A model generated the notes under the pieces. It searched no databases, was not told the origin of the DNA, and worked only from the letters and a program-made list of their open reading frames with translations. This document shows positions 1 to 9,471 of a stretch of 64,000 nt of DNA, one piece after another. Each line of letters starts with the position of its first letter. The stretch's first letter is position 1. Location of the stretch: positions 73,012 through 137,011 of IMG/VR virus record IMGVR_UViG_3300032053_005343, one strand, 5' to 3'. Source of the DNA: a virus. The translations under genes and the position numbers were made by a program.

Positions 1-333
1 GCCATGCGAAATTTTATCTAACGCATTTTCTGATCTTGTTGCATATTTTAAATTATTTATATTGTTGTTTAATTTATTGCCGTCAATATGACATCCCTCC
101 ATTCCTTTTGGACATGGACCCTTGAATGCAAGAAGAATTATTCTGTGTAATAAAATTCTTTTGCGTTTGCCATTTTTTATTAGGGATATTCTAATATAAC
201 CACTGACTATATCATTTTTTCTTAATACTCTTTCCTTTTTACAACATATCCCTATCAATCTTTTAACTTCGCCACCACTGGAAGCTTGATAAAAGCCTTC
301 ATATCCAGCAAAATCTTTCCACACTTCTTTCAT
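1..333 (-). CDS. NUMOD4-HNH homing endonuclease (runs off the window edge)
   Basis: Manual translation from ATG at 333: MKEVWKDFAGYEGFYQASSGG...LLHRIILLAFKGPCPKGMEGCHIDGNKLNNNINNLKY; NUMOD4 N-terminus plus HNH motif. Confidence 0.85.
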   Translation of the reverse strand, partial: MKEVWKDFAGYEGFYQASSGGEVKRLIGICCKKERVLRKNDIVSGYIRISLIKNGKRKRILLHRIILLAFKGPCPKGMEGCHIDGNKLNNNINNLKYATRSENALDKISHG

Positions 334-1109
334 ATGCCGTTTCCCCACTCTCGATTCTTGTTAGCATCTATTTGTAAATTTTCTTTTAATTTTTTATATA
401 TTTTTTCATTATCAATTATTGTTTTGTGGAAACTCCTTATTACGGGGTGGTTAATATGATATGTTATTACACTATCATCTATAATTATTTTTACACCACT
501 TTTTTTTATTCTATCTAAAAGATTGACATCTTCGTAACCATACCCGTCTTGAAATTCTTCCTCATATCCTTTCATCTCTTTTAATCTTTGTGTTCTTATA
601 GTCACACAATTATGGAAGCCTTCATAATTTTTTGGAGTTACTTTCCATTGTCTCAATACCGGGAATTGTTTTAAATCAACTAATGGATTATCAATTATTT
701 GTTGTGTTTCTTGTGGACAAAGTTCAATCATACCTCCGGGACGATACACAATATTATCTAAATCTATTATTTTTGATATAATATCATTTTCAATAATAAT
801 TTCTGGATCTTTTGTACACAGCCATTTTGACATACATCGTTTGATAACGAAGTTCCTGATTAGGCACCCATTTCTTTCGTTCGCTGGATTTCTATCAAAC
901 GTAAAATATCTAAGATTAAACTCTTTTTCTAAATCTTCCATTGGTTCGTGAGGTCCATCATTTACAATTAGCCACAAATATTTATCATCAGACACAGATG
1001 TTTTAAATCTTCGGAGAGTGGGAACCAATAGATGCTTACGAGAAAAATTGGGTACAAAAATTATAAGCTCCCTATTTGTTATAGACCAGTCAAATTGTTT
1101 ATGATTCAT
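330..1109 (-). CDS. Glycosyltransferase family 2 (GT-A fold)
   Basis: IIFVPNFSR, IVNDG, RNFVIKR, and C-terminal GYEEEFQDGYGYEDVNL..H.NH resembling Glyco_transf_7C. Confidence 0.75.
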   Translation of the reverse strand: MNHKQFDWSITNRELIIFVPNFSRKHLLVPTLRRFKTSVSDDKYLWLIVNDGPHEPMEDLEKEFNLRYFTFDRNPANERNGCLIRNFVIKRCMSKWLCTKDPEIIIENDIISKIIDLDNIVYRPGGMIELCPQETQQIIDNPLVDLKQFPVLRQWKVTPKNYEGFHNCVTIRTQRLKEMKGYEEEFQDGYGYEDVNLLDRIKKSGVKIIIDDSVITYHINHPVIRSFHKTIIDNEKIYKKLKENLQIDANKNREWGNGI

Positions 1110-1656
1110 TTTTAATATATCCCCATCTTTTGCCAGTATTAATGTTACTTATTTCTGATTGGCCTATCTTAAATATTTGACCAATTTCTTTTTGTGATAA
1201 TTCGTCTTGTTTTAATAATTGTTTTATAATACGAATTATCCAATTATTTAATTTTGCTTTTCCATGAAGTTCTCCTCTATTATTTGGTTTAAGCCAATTA
1301 AAATTACCATGTTTTGTCCTGTCTTTCATATTGTTGGAATGAGTCCCCCAACAAAGATTGTCTAATTTATTGTTTCTTGGATTCCCATCCAAATGTCTAC
1401 ATTCCATTCCCGAAGGACATGTGCCGATAAATGTTTCCAAAACGAGGGTGTGAATTAAATAAAATTTCTTTTTCTTATTTTTGTATAAACAAACGGATAA
1501 ATATCCATCCCTATGTTTACCTGGATTTAAAATCCTTTTTTCTGTACCATTCCATTTAATTAAACTTCTAATAGAACCAAAGATAGATGCCTGATAAAGC
1601 CCTTTATATCCCGGAATATTTTTCCAAATTTCAATATTATTTTGATTTGGTAACAT
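1099..1656 (-). CDS. NUMOD4-HNH homing endonuclease with C-terminal HTH
   Basis: EIWKNIPGYKGLYQAS; CRHLDGNPRNNKLDNL; AKL..SQKEIG HTH. Confidence 0.9.
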   Translation of the reverse strand: MLPNQNNIEIWKNIPGYKGLYQASIFGSIRSLIKWNGTEKRILNPGKHRDGYLSVCLYKNKKKKFYLIHTLVLETFIGTCPSGMECRHLDGNPRNNKLDNLCWGTHSNNMKDRTKHGNFNWLKPNNRGELHGKAKLNNWIIRIIKQLLKQDELSQKEIGQIFKIGQSEISNINTGKRWGYIKNES

Positions 1657-2044
1657 ATTTTATTATTTTCCTAACTTCTACTTTTCTTGTTAAATTTTGT
1701 TTTTCTTGAAAACATGAATCACAAATGCTGCCCTGAATTCTATAATCTTGCCTACTTAACATGTCCTCTAATTGATCAAATTTGCTTCCAAACCCAAAAT
1801 GAATTTCGATCGTTCCACCCTCTAGGTTCGGCAATACTCCTTCTTCATCATTTCCCGCATATCCATCTGTATAAATTGGTATTTCTTTTTCACAGCAAAT
1901 ACAAATCCATTTCCATTTTTTATTTATTTTACAAATACATTTTTCGGGAATTTTTCGACACCCATTACACAAACCCTCTGTGCTATCTTGGTGCGGACAA
2001 CAAACGTTTGATTCGCATCCACACGAATTATATTGCTTTTTCAT
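1637..2044 (-). CDS. Hypothetical Cys-rich protein
   Basis: ORF overlapping both neighbours; several CxxC motifs. Confidence 0.55.
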   Translation of the reverse strand: MKKQYNSCGCESNVCCPHQDSTEGLCNGCRKIPEKCICKINKKWKWICICCEKEIPIYTDGYAGNDEEGVLPNLEGGTIEIHFGFGSKFDQLEDMLSRQDYRIQGSICDSCFQEKQNLTRKVEVRKIIKYVTKSK

Positions 2045-2418
2045 TATTTGTTCCTTTGTTTATCTATTTCTTTTACTATGTTTGGTAAACTAAAATTTTC
2101 ACCTTTTATTGGTTTGTTGGTTGGACCAATGGGTGAATCTTTACTCATATTAGAGCGATGTATTTCTTCGAACATGGGTTCTATGTCTATTCCCATACAA
2201 ACACACATACCAAAAGTTACATACAATAAATCGCCTATTCCATCGCATATACCAATCAAATCACTGTTTTTTGACGCACAAATAATCTCGTTTAATTCTT
2301 CTTGTAAAAAATCCAGTCTGAATTTTAATAGTTCTGGTTGTAATATAGATGGAGAATAACCAATACTATGATTATATTTTTTATGAAAATCTTGAACCAT
2401 TTGTTGCATTTTATTCAT
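2044..2418 (-). CDS. MazG-like/PRA-PH NTP pyrophosphohydrolase
   Basis: VQDFH, LQEELNE, DGIGDLLYV, EIHRSNMSK. Confidence 0.85.
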   Translation of the reverse strand: MNKMQQMVQDFHKKYNHSIGYSPSILQPELLKFRLDFLQEELNEIICASKNSDLIGICDGIGDLLYVTFGMCVCMGIDIEPMFEEIHRSNMSKDSPIGPTNKPIKGENFSLPNIVKEIDKQRNK

Positions 2419-2872
2419 AAATTATATCATCGAACCCTTCCGACATCTCCGGTTTTTCCATTTGCTTATAAAGATTCACAAGAATATTCTCCGGAACCTT
2501 GTTTTCTTTTCTTTGTTCATTATTTTTTAAACAAAATTCTAGAGATTTATTAAAACTAAGAGCTATAACTTTAAATCCAAGTTTTTTACCAAAGTCAATC
2601 CAATATTCTCTACTTTTCTTATTAATGAACCATTTACTCTCGTCAATTATTATACTAAGATTTGGATTTTTAGATAGGGCAAAAATAATATGTCCTATAA
2701 TTTGTTTTAAATACTCTTCTTTTGAGTCGTTATATTGTTCTTTATAAAACGCTAATCTAAAATCATCTACCGAAAGAACCACAATATTTTTTTCTCTTTC
2801 TGCTATTTTTCTGCATGTTGTAGTTTTCTTAGATGCAGGAGGAGCGATGGTTAAATAAAAATACCTATTCAT
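2411..2872 (-). CDS. AAA_33/polynucleotide-kinase-like P-loop protein (degenerate P-loop)
   Basis: APPASKKTT, SVDDFR, IIID, CLKNNEQR..VPE. Confidence 0.7.
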   Translation of the reverse strand: MNRYFYLTIAPPASKKTTTCRKIAEREKNIVVLSVDDFRLAFYKEQYNDSKEEYLKQIIGHIIFALSKNPNLSIIIDESKWFINKKSREYWIDFGKKLGFKVIALSFNKSLEFCLKNNEQRKENKVPENILVNLYKQMEKPEMSEGFDDIIYE

Positions 2873-2874
2873 AA

Positions 2875-3354
2875 TTAATTATCTTTCCACGTTTTATGCA
2901 ATTTAATACAAGCTTCCAATAATCTATTAATTATTCTAATTTTCCATTCGTTTAATTTTGCATTATTATTTTTTGATCCCTTTTGATTCTCTTGTAGTGG
3001 TGGTGGTTTAAATGTACCATGTTTAATTTTATCGTTTTCATTACTCTTGTGAAAATCCCACCTTAAATTTTCTATTAAATAATTTTTTGGATTACCATTA
3101 TTGTGACAAGCCTCCATCCCTTTAGGTCGCTGGCCAACAAAATACTCTAAAACTAAACGGTGAATTCTTATTAGTTTATGTTTACCATTTTTATATAAAT
3201 TGACAAATGGATATCTAGCTTTGATATGAATTTTTAATATTTTGTTAGAAATATTCCCATATCTATTAAATAATCTTTTTATTCTATACAAATTAGAAAA
3301 TTGATATATTCTTTCAAAGCCAATAATATCTTTCCAGACTTCAATATTATTCAT
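2875..3354 (-). CDS. NUMOD4-HNH homing endonuclease (C-terminal HTH shortened)
   Basis: EVWKDIIGFE; IHRLVLEYFVG; ACHNNGNPKN..ENLRW. Confidence 0.85.
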   Translation of the reverse strand: MNNIEVWKDIIGFERIYQFSNLYRIKRLFNRYGNISNKILKIHIKARYPFVNLYKNGKHKLIRIHRLVLEYFVGQRPKGMEACHNNGNPKNYLIENLRWDFHKSNENDKIKHGTFKPPPLQENQKGSKNNNAKLNEWKIRIINRLLEACIKLHKTWKDN

Positions 3355-5710
3355 TTATTTCGACATCTTCTTGGATTTCTATTTTACTATCAACTTGATT
3401 AATGAGATCTTGCGCCAACCAAATCTTATCCAATGCCACAATTCCCAATAGATCGAACTTGACGCAACCCATAGCCTCCGCAGAACCCATTTCAAGTCCG
3501 ACAATTCTTGTTTTATTCTTCGGGTCGAAAACAAGAGGAACCAGTTCGCTAATTGGAATGTCTGCTATAACGAGACCTGCTGCATGTTTTGACTGACTTT
3601 TCTTCGTTTTTTCTAATCTTATCCCCTGATCAAACAATGGTTTATACCATTGATAATATTCTTTAATTTTATCTATATTATCAATACTCCAGTTTAAAAT
3701 TCCGTAATCATTATTTTCTGTTTCTTCTCGCATTTTTTGTAAATCGTCTATAATAGAGGCTTCATCAGGCATCAAAGAAGTAATTTCATTACATAAATCA
3801 AACGGAGTTATAGAAATTTCATCTGGATTTTTGCCCTCTTTTGTTGCTTTTACTTTCATTAAATGTTTTACTAAATCTGGCTGGGCACGAAACACTTCTT
3901 TAAGGGCTGCTTTTCCCTGGAGTCTACCGAAGGTCACCATTTGATTGACTCGTTCGGAACCGTACTTGTTTATTAAATATTCGACTACTTTCTCGCGGAA
4001 GACGACCGAAAGATCGAGATCAATGTCTGGAAGACTAATATGACCTGGATTTATTTTAACGGGTTCGCCTGGGTCTAATTTGCAATGCATTCTTAATGCG
4101 TCCATAATATGTGAATTATTTGGATTTGGAAATTCTAATCCTAAAACCTGATCTTCCGAGGACGAACACATAGTTTGATTATTCTTAAATATTTCTAATA
4201 TGTATAACCACATTTTCGGATTATTTTTATCTATCCAATCAGCTTCTTCTTTAAGTAATTTTTTATTACTTATACTTCTATATTTTAAATTATATTGAAT
4301 AATCAAATTTTTAATGGTATTTCTGGCATCATCAATTTTTTCTTGAATTATAGAATCGGAATTATCTGATAACCATTGCATAAAAGTTATTTGCCCGACA
4401 TCAAAGTGTGGGGGAATATTACGCCCGCTATTATAAAATCTTTGAAAGTAGAGATCGTATTCAAGAGGATCAATTTGGGTTATGTTTAATAGATAATTGA
4501 TCAAAGACCCAGCCCCCGATCCTCTTCCCTTTCCTCTTGGTTTGTTGTTTTCGTCAACGAATTTGCAAATATCATAAACTATTAAAAAATAATCTGCCAA
4601 TTTAGCTTCTTTGATAACATCCAGTTCATATAGTAATCTTTCCCAATAAATTTTCTTTTTTTCTATTGGGAAATTTATTAATTTCTTTTTTGCTCCTTTT
4701 ATACATAATTCTTTTAAATAGTCGTCGGATGAAACTTCGTTTGGGGTTTTATATTTAGGCAAACAGGGTCTTCGCCCCAATTTCGTTGGTTGGATCATGT
4801 CGGAAATTACAAGGGTTTGTTCAATTTCTTCTTTTGTGTAGTGTTCGGCCATTTCCTCTGGTGAAAAGATATAAAAAGTATCCCTAAAGAAAAAAGACAT
4901 GGTATCAGAGCCTTCTGATTTCAACCTAGCCTGTTCTTCTGCTGTTGTGTGTAATTGACTATAAAGAAGTATTCTATGGTCTTCTACCTGTTCTTTTCTC
5001 GCATAATGGGCATCAAGAGTCGATACCGACCGTATATTTAAGGCTTTTGAGATCTCACGAAGACATTCTACTGCCACCTTCTGCGCAGGCATTCCCTCCT
5101 CCTGCAATTCGATAAAATAATTTTCCTTGCCAAAAATTGATATATACCTAGAAACAATTTCATCAGCTATATTTCGCCAATTGGGTTTAAGTAATTTTTT
5201 AACCTCATCTATATTTTCGGTTTGTTCACCAATTAGACATGCCTTCCCAACATCTTCAAATAACGATTTGGAAAGTTCGCCTATGATACAGCCACTTAAA
5301 CATATTAAATTTTTATTTTTTGTGAACAGTGATAAATTATCTACAGAAATTCTAGGCTTCCGGTAAAAGTTTTGAGGTAGGTTGGTATAACTAACTAACG
5401 ACATCAAATCCTTAATACCATTTTCGTTTTTTGCTAATAGTGTAAGGTGATTGTGGGATTTGTTTGTATTGTCTTTAATAGTTTGATCTAATTTACTCGT
5501 GTAAATCTCGCAGGCCACAATTTGCTTGATATCATATTTTTTACAAGCTTTTTGAAAATCTATTATATGAGACACGTTGCCGTGATCGGTTATACAACAA
5601 GCAGGACAACCAATTTCTTTTGCTCGTTTTGCTATTTGTTCCGGAGAACAAAGACCGTCTAAAATTGAATAATCCGAGTGGAGATGGAGTGGGACATATG
5701 TATTACTCAT
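3347..5710 (-). CDS. dnaE: DNA polymerase III alpha subunit, N-terminal part (PHP + palm/thumb); C-terminal domains absent
   Basis: LHLHSDYSILDG, ITDHG, GRGSGAGSL, SLPDIDLD, SKHAAG, VKFDLLG, then stop about 30 aa later. Confidence 0.92.
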   Translation of the reverse strand: MSNTYVPLHLHSDYSILDGLCSPEQIAKRAKEIGCPACCITDHGNVSHIIDFQKACKKYDIKQIVACEIYTSKLDQTIKDNTNKSHNHLTLLAKNENGIKDLMSLVSYTNLPQNFYRKPRISVDNLSLFTKNKNLICLSGCIIGELSKSLFEDVGKACLIGEQTENIDEVKKLLKPNWRNIADEIVSRYISIFGKENYFIELQEEGMPAQKVAVECLREISKALNIRSVSTLDAHYARKEQVEDHRILLYSQLHTTAEEQARLKSEGSDTMSFFFRDTFYIFSPEEMAEHYTKEEIEQTLVISDMIQPTKLGRRPCLPKYKTPNEVSSDDYLKELCIKGAKKKLINFPIEKKKIYWERLLYELDVIKEAKLADYFLIVYDICKFVDENNKPRGKGRGSGAGSLINYLLNITQIDPLEYDLYFQRFYNSGRNIPPHFDVGQITFMQWLSDNSDSIIQEKIDDARNTIKNLIIQYNLKYRSISNKKLLKEEADWIDKNNPKMWLYILEIFKNNQTMCSSSEDQVLGLEFPNPNNSHIMDALRMHCKLDPGEPVKINPGHISLPDIDLDLSVVFREKVVEYLINKYGSERVNQMVTFGRLQGKAALKEVFRAQPDLVKHLMKVKATKEGKNPDEISITPFDLCNEITSLMPDEASIIDDLQKMREETENNDYGILNWSIDNIDKIKEYYQWYKPLFDQGIRLEKTKKSQSKHAAGLVIADIPISELVPLVFDPKNKTRIVGLEMGSAEAMGCVKFDLLGIVALDKIWLAQDLINQVDSKIEIQEDVEINE

Positions 5711-6361
5711 TTATATTGTACCATAAATTTTAATAGGAGTTGTTAGTGATTTTTCTATTGACCAATTTAAAGTATGTATTCTAGTATATAATGTTCCATA
5801 ATTAATTTTATATTCTATTGACCAAGCCTTTAAGCATTGAGTTTTACCTTTAAAAGTATAATTGGTATTTGACCGAGTATTCCTTGCTTGAACTTGATTT
5901 GTCGTAAATCTACAGTTTTCTTTATAATACCCCTTATTGTTGTCTATTCTATCTAAAGAAAGACCCGGTGGACATTCGCCCATGTCTTCTAAGAAATTTT
6001 CAAAAGACCCTCCTTTTTTGGGATTCCATCTGTCGCAAACTGTAATTCCTCTTCCATAATAATTCTCATCATTTTTATTTTTGCATCTTCTTATCATATG
6101 ATACCATATGCTGTGTGTTCTTGATTCTTTGCCATTTCTAGCATGACCATGTTTCAAATTACAATCTTTTTTCAAACATCCGCAACTTTGGGTAGGCTTA
6201 GATTTATTTGTCAAATGAAATCCAGCAATAATTTTTTCATTACCACAGTCGCATTTACACAACCACCTTGAATTTCTAAATTTGCCATTGTCTTTTCTTT
6301 CTTTAACGACTAATTTCCCAAATCTTCGTCCAATTAAATCAATAAAGTTATGTGACATCAT
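5711..6361 (-). CDS. HNH-like endonuclease, DLxG-RFGxL/CxCxCG family
   Basis: DLIGRRFGKL, WLCKCDCG, YYGRGITVC, LDRIDNNKGYYKENC. Confidence 0.85.
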   Translation of the reverse strand: MMSHNFIDLIGRRFGKLVVKERKDNGKFRNSRWLCKCDCGNEKIIAGFHLTNKSKPTQSCGCLKKDCNLKHGHARNGKESRTHSIWYHMIRRCKNKNDENYYGRGITVCDRWNPKKGGSFENFLEDMGECPPGLSLDRIDNNKGYYKENCRFTTNQVQARNTRSNTNYTFKGKTQCLKAWSIEYKINYGTLYTRIHTLNWSIEKSLTTPIKIYGTI

Positions 6362-7245
6362 TTTATATCATCCAAATTTAATTTATAATATTTATTCGTT
6401 ACATATTCTTGCCCAAGTGTATTTAAATCGTACCAAATTTTCGTACACAGGTCGTTCTTTTCATAAGGGCACAGCCGACACTTCCAACTACGGCTTCTTC
6501 TTATTAGGCTATCACCCTTTATCCTAACGAATATACAATGAAGTTGATTTAAAATTTCGGGTATCTCTTCATCCGATAATCCTATACTTGTCGGCCCCAA
6601 ATCTTGAGTATAATAAAAAGTGACAACGCAATTCTTGTATTGTGGAAACAAAATTTTAGCTGCCATAAAATAAATCTTTGCCTGTAATTTTTTAGTTAAA
6701 TTGTAAAAATCCATAGTGTTTTTATCAAACGGACTATTTCTCGAACCCGTCTTATAATCAACAATCTCAATCGTATCTTTATCTAGTTCGTGAATCAAAT
6801 CTATGTAGCCTCGCACACATAATTGCTTCGTCTCGCCATCTTTTTTAACTTCCCATTCTTGTCCCGGCAATCCTATTTCAAACCATTTCTCCGCATCTAC
6901 AACGGTAAGATTATATGGATTATAAAATTCATCCTCAACAACTTTAAAGAATGAAGCCTTGGCTTTTTTATAATCTGCTGATAATCCTTTGCTTGTGAAT
7001 TTTCTTAAATCTGGATGGGGATTTTCGTCCCATGATCGTTCGAACAACCATTCCGGGCTTACGCTTGTCTTTCCCCTCTTTTTTAATAGAGCGGCCCATT
7101 CAAGAGCCCGATGAACTATTGTCCCAATGGTTGCTGCTTTACCAGAACCAGATGATTCTAATTCTAGCACATAGGTTAGCCAATATTTGAATGCGCAGAA
7201 TTTATAGGTTTCCGCTAAACTCGAACTAAATTTATTTATTAACAT
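6358..7245 (-). CDS. PD-(D/E)XK RecB/Cas4-like exonuclease
   Basis: SSSLAETYKFC, GTIVH, RGYIDL, IVDYKTG, Q..IY, C-terminal CxxC..C. Confidence 0.85.
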   Translation of the reverse strand: MLINKFSSSLAETYKFCAFKYWLTYVLELESSGSGKAATIGTIVHRALEWAALLKKRGKTSVSPEWLFERSWDENPHPDLRKFTSKGLSADYKKAKASFFKVVEDEFYNPYNLTVVDAEKWFEIGLPGQEWEVKKDGETKQLCVRGYIDLIHELDKDTIEIVDYKTGSRNSPFDKNTMDFYNLTKKLQAKIYFMAAKILFPQYKNCVVTFYYTQDLGPTSIGLSDEEIPEILNQLHCIFVRIKGDSLIRRSRSWKCRLCPYEKNDLCTKIWYDLNTLGQEYVTNKYYKLNLDDIK

Positions 7246-7991
7246 TATTTATTATAAAGTTTATTTAACCATAAAGTGGCGTGAGGTTTCAAAAACTCAC
7301 ATTGTTCGTCCACGCTCATATTCGTGTTATCAACCACTAATGAAAATTTATTTTTATCATAATTATCAAGAACAGTTTCAGAAGAATGTTCGTCGTTTCC
7401 CGCCACGTTTCTCAATAATCTCACGGTGATTCCACCAATCTCATTAATAGCATTTATTTCGTTGGGGAAACGACCGTCTGTAATTAGTGCCAGTTTAACA
7501 TTATCATTCTTGATTTTATTAATGGTTGCATTAACCCACGCATTATCGCACATTTTTCTTACTATATCTGTTCCAAAATATTGAAGAACTTCTCTTCCGG
7601 TCATTATTGGATCAAAATCGGCAACACAAGTTCCATCATCTTTATACGTTGGCATTTTGCTCCAATGTAAATTGGTTCGGCTATTTTTTTCATCTTCTGT
7701 ACCATAACATTGTTCATATGTTAAGCCAAGAACATTAATACAAAATTCTTTTAAACAATCTGCAAAACTATATAATCTAACTTCTGCTCCATTAAATATT
7801 TTGTTAAATTCGCCTTCTTCTACTGTAAACCAATGATCATTTTTTCTGGCTTCAAGCAACCCTAATTTATTTATTTTAAAATCTTTTATACTGGCATTTC
7901 TTTTTAAGAAAGAAGCTGCTATGTGATTTACACAAGTATTTTTACCGCTTCGTTTTTTACCAGATACGCATACTATAAGTTGATTGGACAT
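7245..7991 (-). CDS. Deoxynucleoside monophosphate kinase
   Basis: GKKRSGKNT, SFAD.LK, REVLQYFGTD, ITDGRFPNE, H.SE. Confidence 0.88.
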   Translation of the reverse strand: MSNQLIVCVSGKKRSGKNTCVNHIAASFLKRNASIKDFKINKLGLLEARKNDHWFTVEEGEFNKIFNGAEVRLYSFADCLKEFCINVLGLTYEQCYGTEDEKNSRTNLHWSKMPTYKDDGTCVADFDPIMTGREVLQYFGTDIVRKMCDNAWVNATINKIKNDNVKLALITDGRFPNEINAINEIGGITVRLLRNVAGNDEHSSETVLDNYDKNKFSLVVDNTNMSVDEQCEFLKPHATLWLNKLYNK

Positions 7992-8158
7992 TCGAATCTC
8001 TCCACCGTTCTTTTACAATCAAAACATTGTTTATATGTTATACTCATTCGCCCCCAAAAAGTCCATAACCAGTCTGATACCGCAAGTCGTAGTGGTTGCA
8101 TTATATTTACAATAATTCCATTGCATTCTTCGCATCTTTCCATATCGTTCCCTTTCAA
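7973..8158 (-). CDS. Small Zn-ribbon hypothetical protein
   Basis: Two CxxC motifs; overlaps neighbours. Confidence 0.4.
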   Translation of the reverse strand: MKGNDMERCEECNGIIVNIMQPLRLAVSDWLWTFWGRMSITYKQCFDCKRTVERFECPINL

Positions 8159-8319
8159 TAATCATAGTGACTATTAATACGATCTCTACAATTTTCACAC
8201 AAAATAATTCTTGGTTCTTTTTTGTGTCCGGGGATATCTAATCCCACATCTTCTATGGTTCGTCCACCTTTTCTCTTGGCGTCTTGTTTACAGATAGAAC
8301 ACAATAATTTAATTTTCAT
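8155..8319 (-). CDS. Small Zn-finger hypothetical protein (54 aa, not in ORF track)
   Basis: Manual translation MKIKLLCSICKQ...ILCENCRDRINSHYDY; fills the gap exactly. Confidence 0.5.
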   Translation of the reverse strand: MKIKLLCSICKQDAKRKGGRTIEDVGLDIPGHKKEPRIILCENCRDRINSHYDY

Positions 8320-9468
8320 TTAATTATCCTTTAATAAAAACTCTTTATTATTATTGTTTAATATTTTACCTATTTTTTCTAATATATCATCCTTGCTCAT
8401 TTCTGCGACATCTTTTGAATTTCCAAGATCTACGGGCACAATCCTAAAATAATAATTAAGTTCTTCTGATAATTTTTGGGTAGCCTCTTTGCCAGTTTGA
8501 TCGTTGTCCATTGCTAAAATTAATGTAAGAGCACCAGCTTTTTGAAGCAATAGCCTCTGGTGTTTAGACATAGAACACCCCATTAAAGATACTCCATTTT
8601 TAATTCCATTTTCTTCAAGTTTCCAAATGTTCCCAGGTGATTCTACTACGGTTGCTGTTCCAGTTTTTGAGATATTATATTTGGCAAAATTATAATTATA
8701 CAGGTGTAACTCTTTTTTCAGACCCTTAGAATGTAACCATTTGCTGTAGAATAAAGACTTCTCTTTCGGCGGGCATTCCATTGTTGAATTATGGTATAAT
8801 CTGCATAGTTTACATTTGTCCCAAACACTTCTTCCAGAGAATCCAACAACGTATTTTCCAGAATCATCTAAAATTGGAAAGAACGCCCTCTCAAAGAATA
8901 ATTTTCCTTTTTTATTACATGATGAAATATAATATTTATCTATGATATTTTGAGATATTCCGCGAGATGGATAGTATTTGGTATCTTTTCTCAACAGGGG
9001 AAGAACTTCTGATAATAGAGGAAATCCATTCTTTTCTATTTTTTTCTTTTTTTTGTATTGTTTAATGATCTTAAAAATTTCAATGTTTTCTTCGGTTTCT
9101 GCGTCTAGTTTAAGATTAGATAAATTTAAAACGGTTGCCGCAAAAGCTACCGATTCTACGAATGAAAATGGACGATTTAATTTATTGGTCATTGTACCGC
9201 GAATAAGTCCGAATACACTATTGGAATTTCCTGAAATTGAATTTCTGTGGCACTGTTTTGTGCTACATTCCCAATGACTGGTGCGAGTGGCCCACCAAAA
9301 TGATCTAGGATTATCTCCGCTATGTGCAGGACAAGACCCTTGGAAATAGTCGGATCTTTCCGTATACTCAATTCCAAGAGCGTCCAATATTTCTGTTATT
9401 CGTTCGCAGGCCCGATCCTGTATGTAGTTAATTTCTGATTGATTAAATTTCTTCATTTTAAAAACCAC
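8320..9468 (-). CDS. dnaG: DNA primase (DnaG-like)
   Basis: CPAH..D.P..F zinc domain; FPI.D..G..VGFSGR; TOPRIM VVES, MDND..G. Confidence 0.88.
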   Translation of the reverse strand: MVFKMKKFNQSEINYIQDRACERITEILDALGIEYTERSDYFQGSCPAHSGDNPRSFWWATRTSHWECSTKQCHRNSISGNSNSVFGLIRGTMTNKLNRPFSFVESVAFAATVLNLSNLKLDAETEENIEIFKIIKQYKKKKKIEKNGFPLLSEVLPLLRKDTKYYPSRGISQNIIDKYYISSCNKKGKLFFERAFFPILDDSGKYVVGFSGRSVWDKCKLCRLYHNSTMECPPKEKSLFYSKWLHSKGLKKELHLYNYNFAKYNISKTGTATVVESPGNIWKLEENGIKNGVSLMGCSMSKHQRLLLQKAGALTLILAMDNDQTGKEATQKLSEELNYYFRIVPVDLGNSKDVAEMSKDDILEKIGKILNNNNKEFLLKDN

Positions 9469-9471
9469 CTT

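Noticed and set aside
4037-4417. Intein as the explanation for the DnaE insertion
   Set aside because: No N-terminal C/S block A, no TxxH block B and no terminal HN/GN followed by C/S/T.
2875-5710. Group I intron carrying the HNH and interrupting dnaE
   Set aside because: No second dnaE exon follows the HNH, and there is no non-coding room for an intron core.
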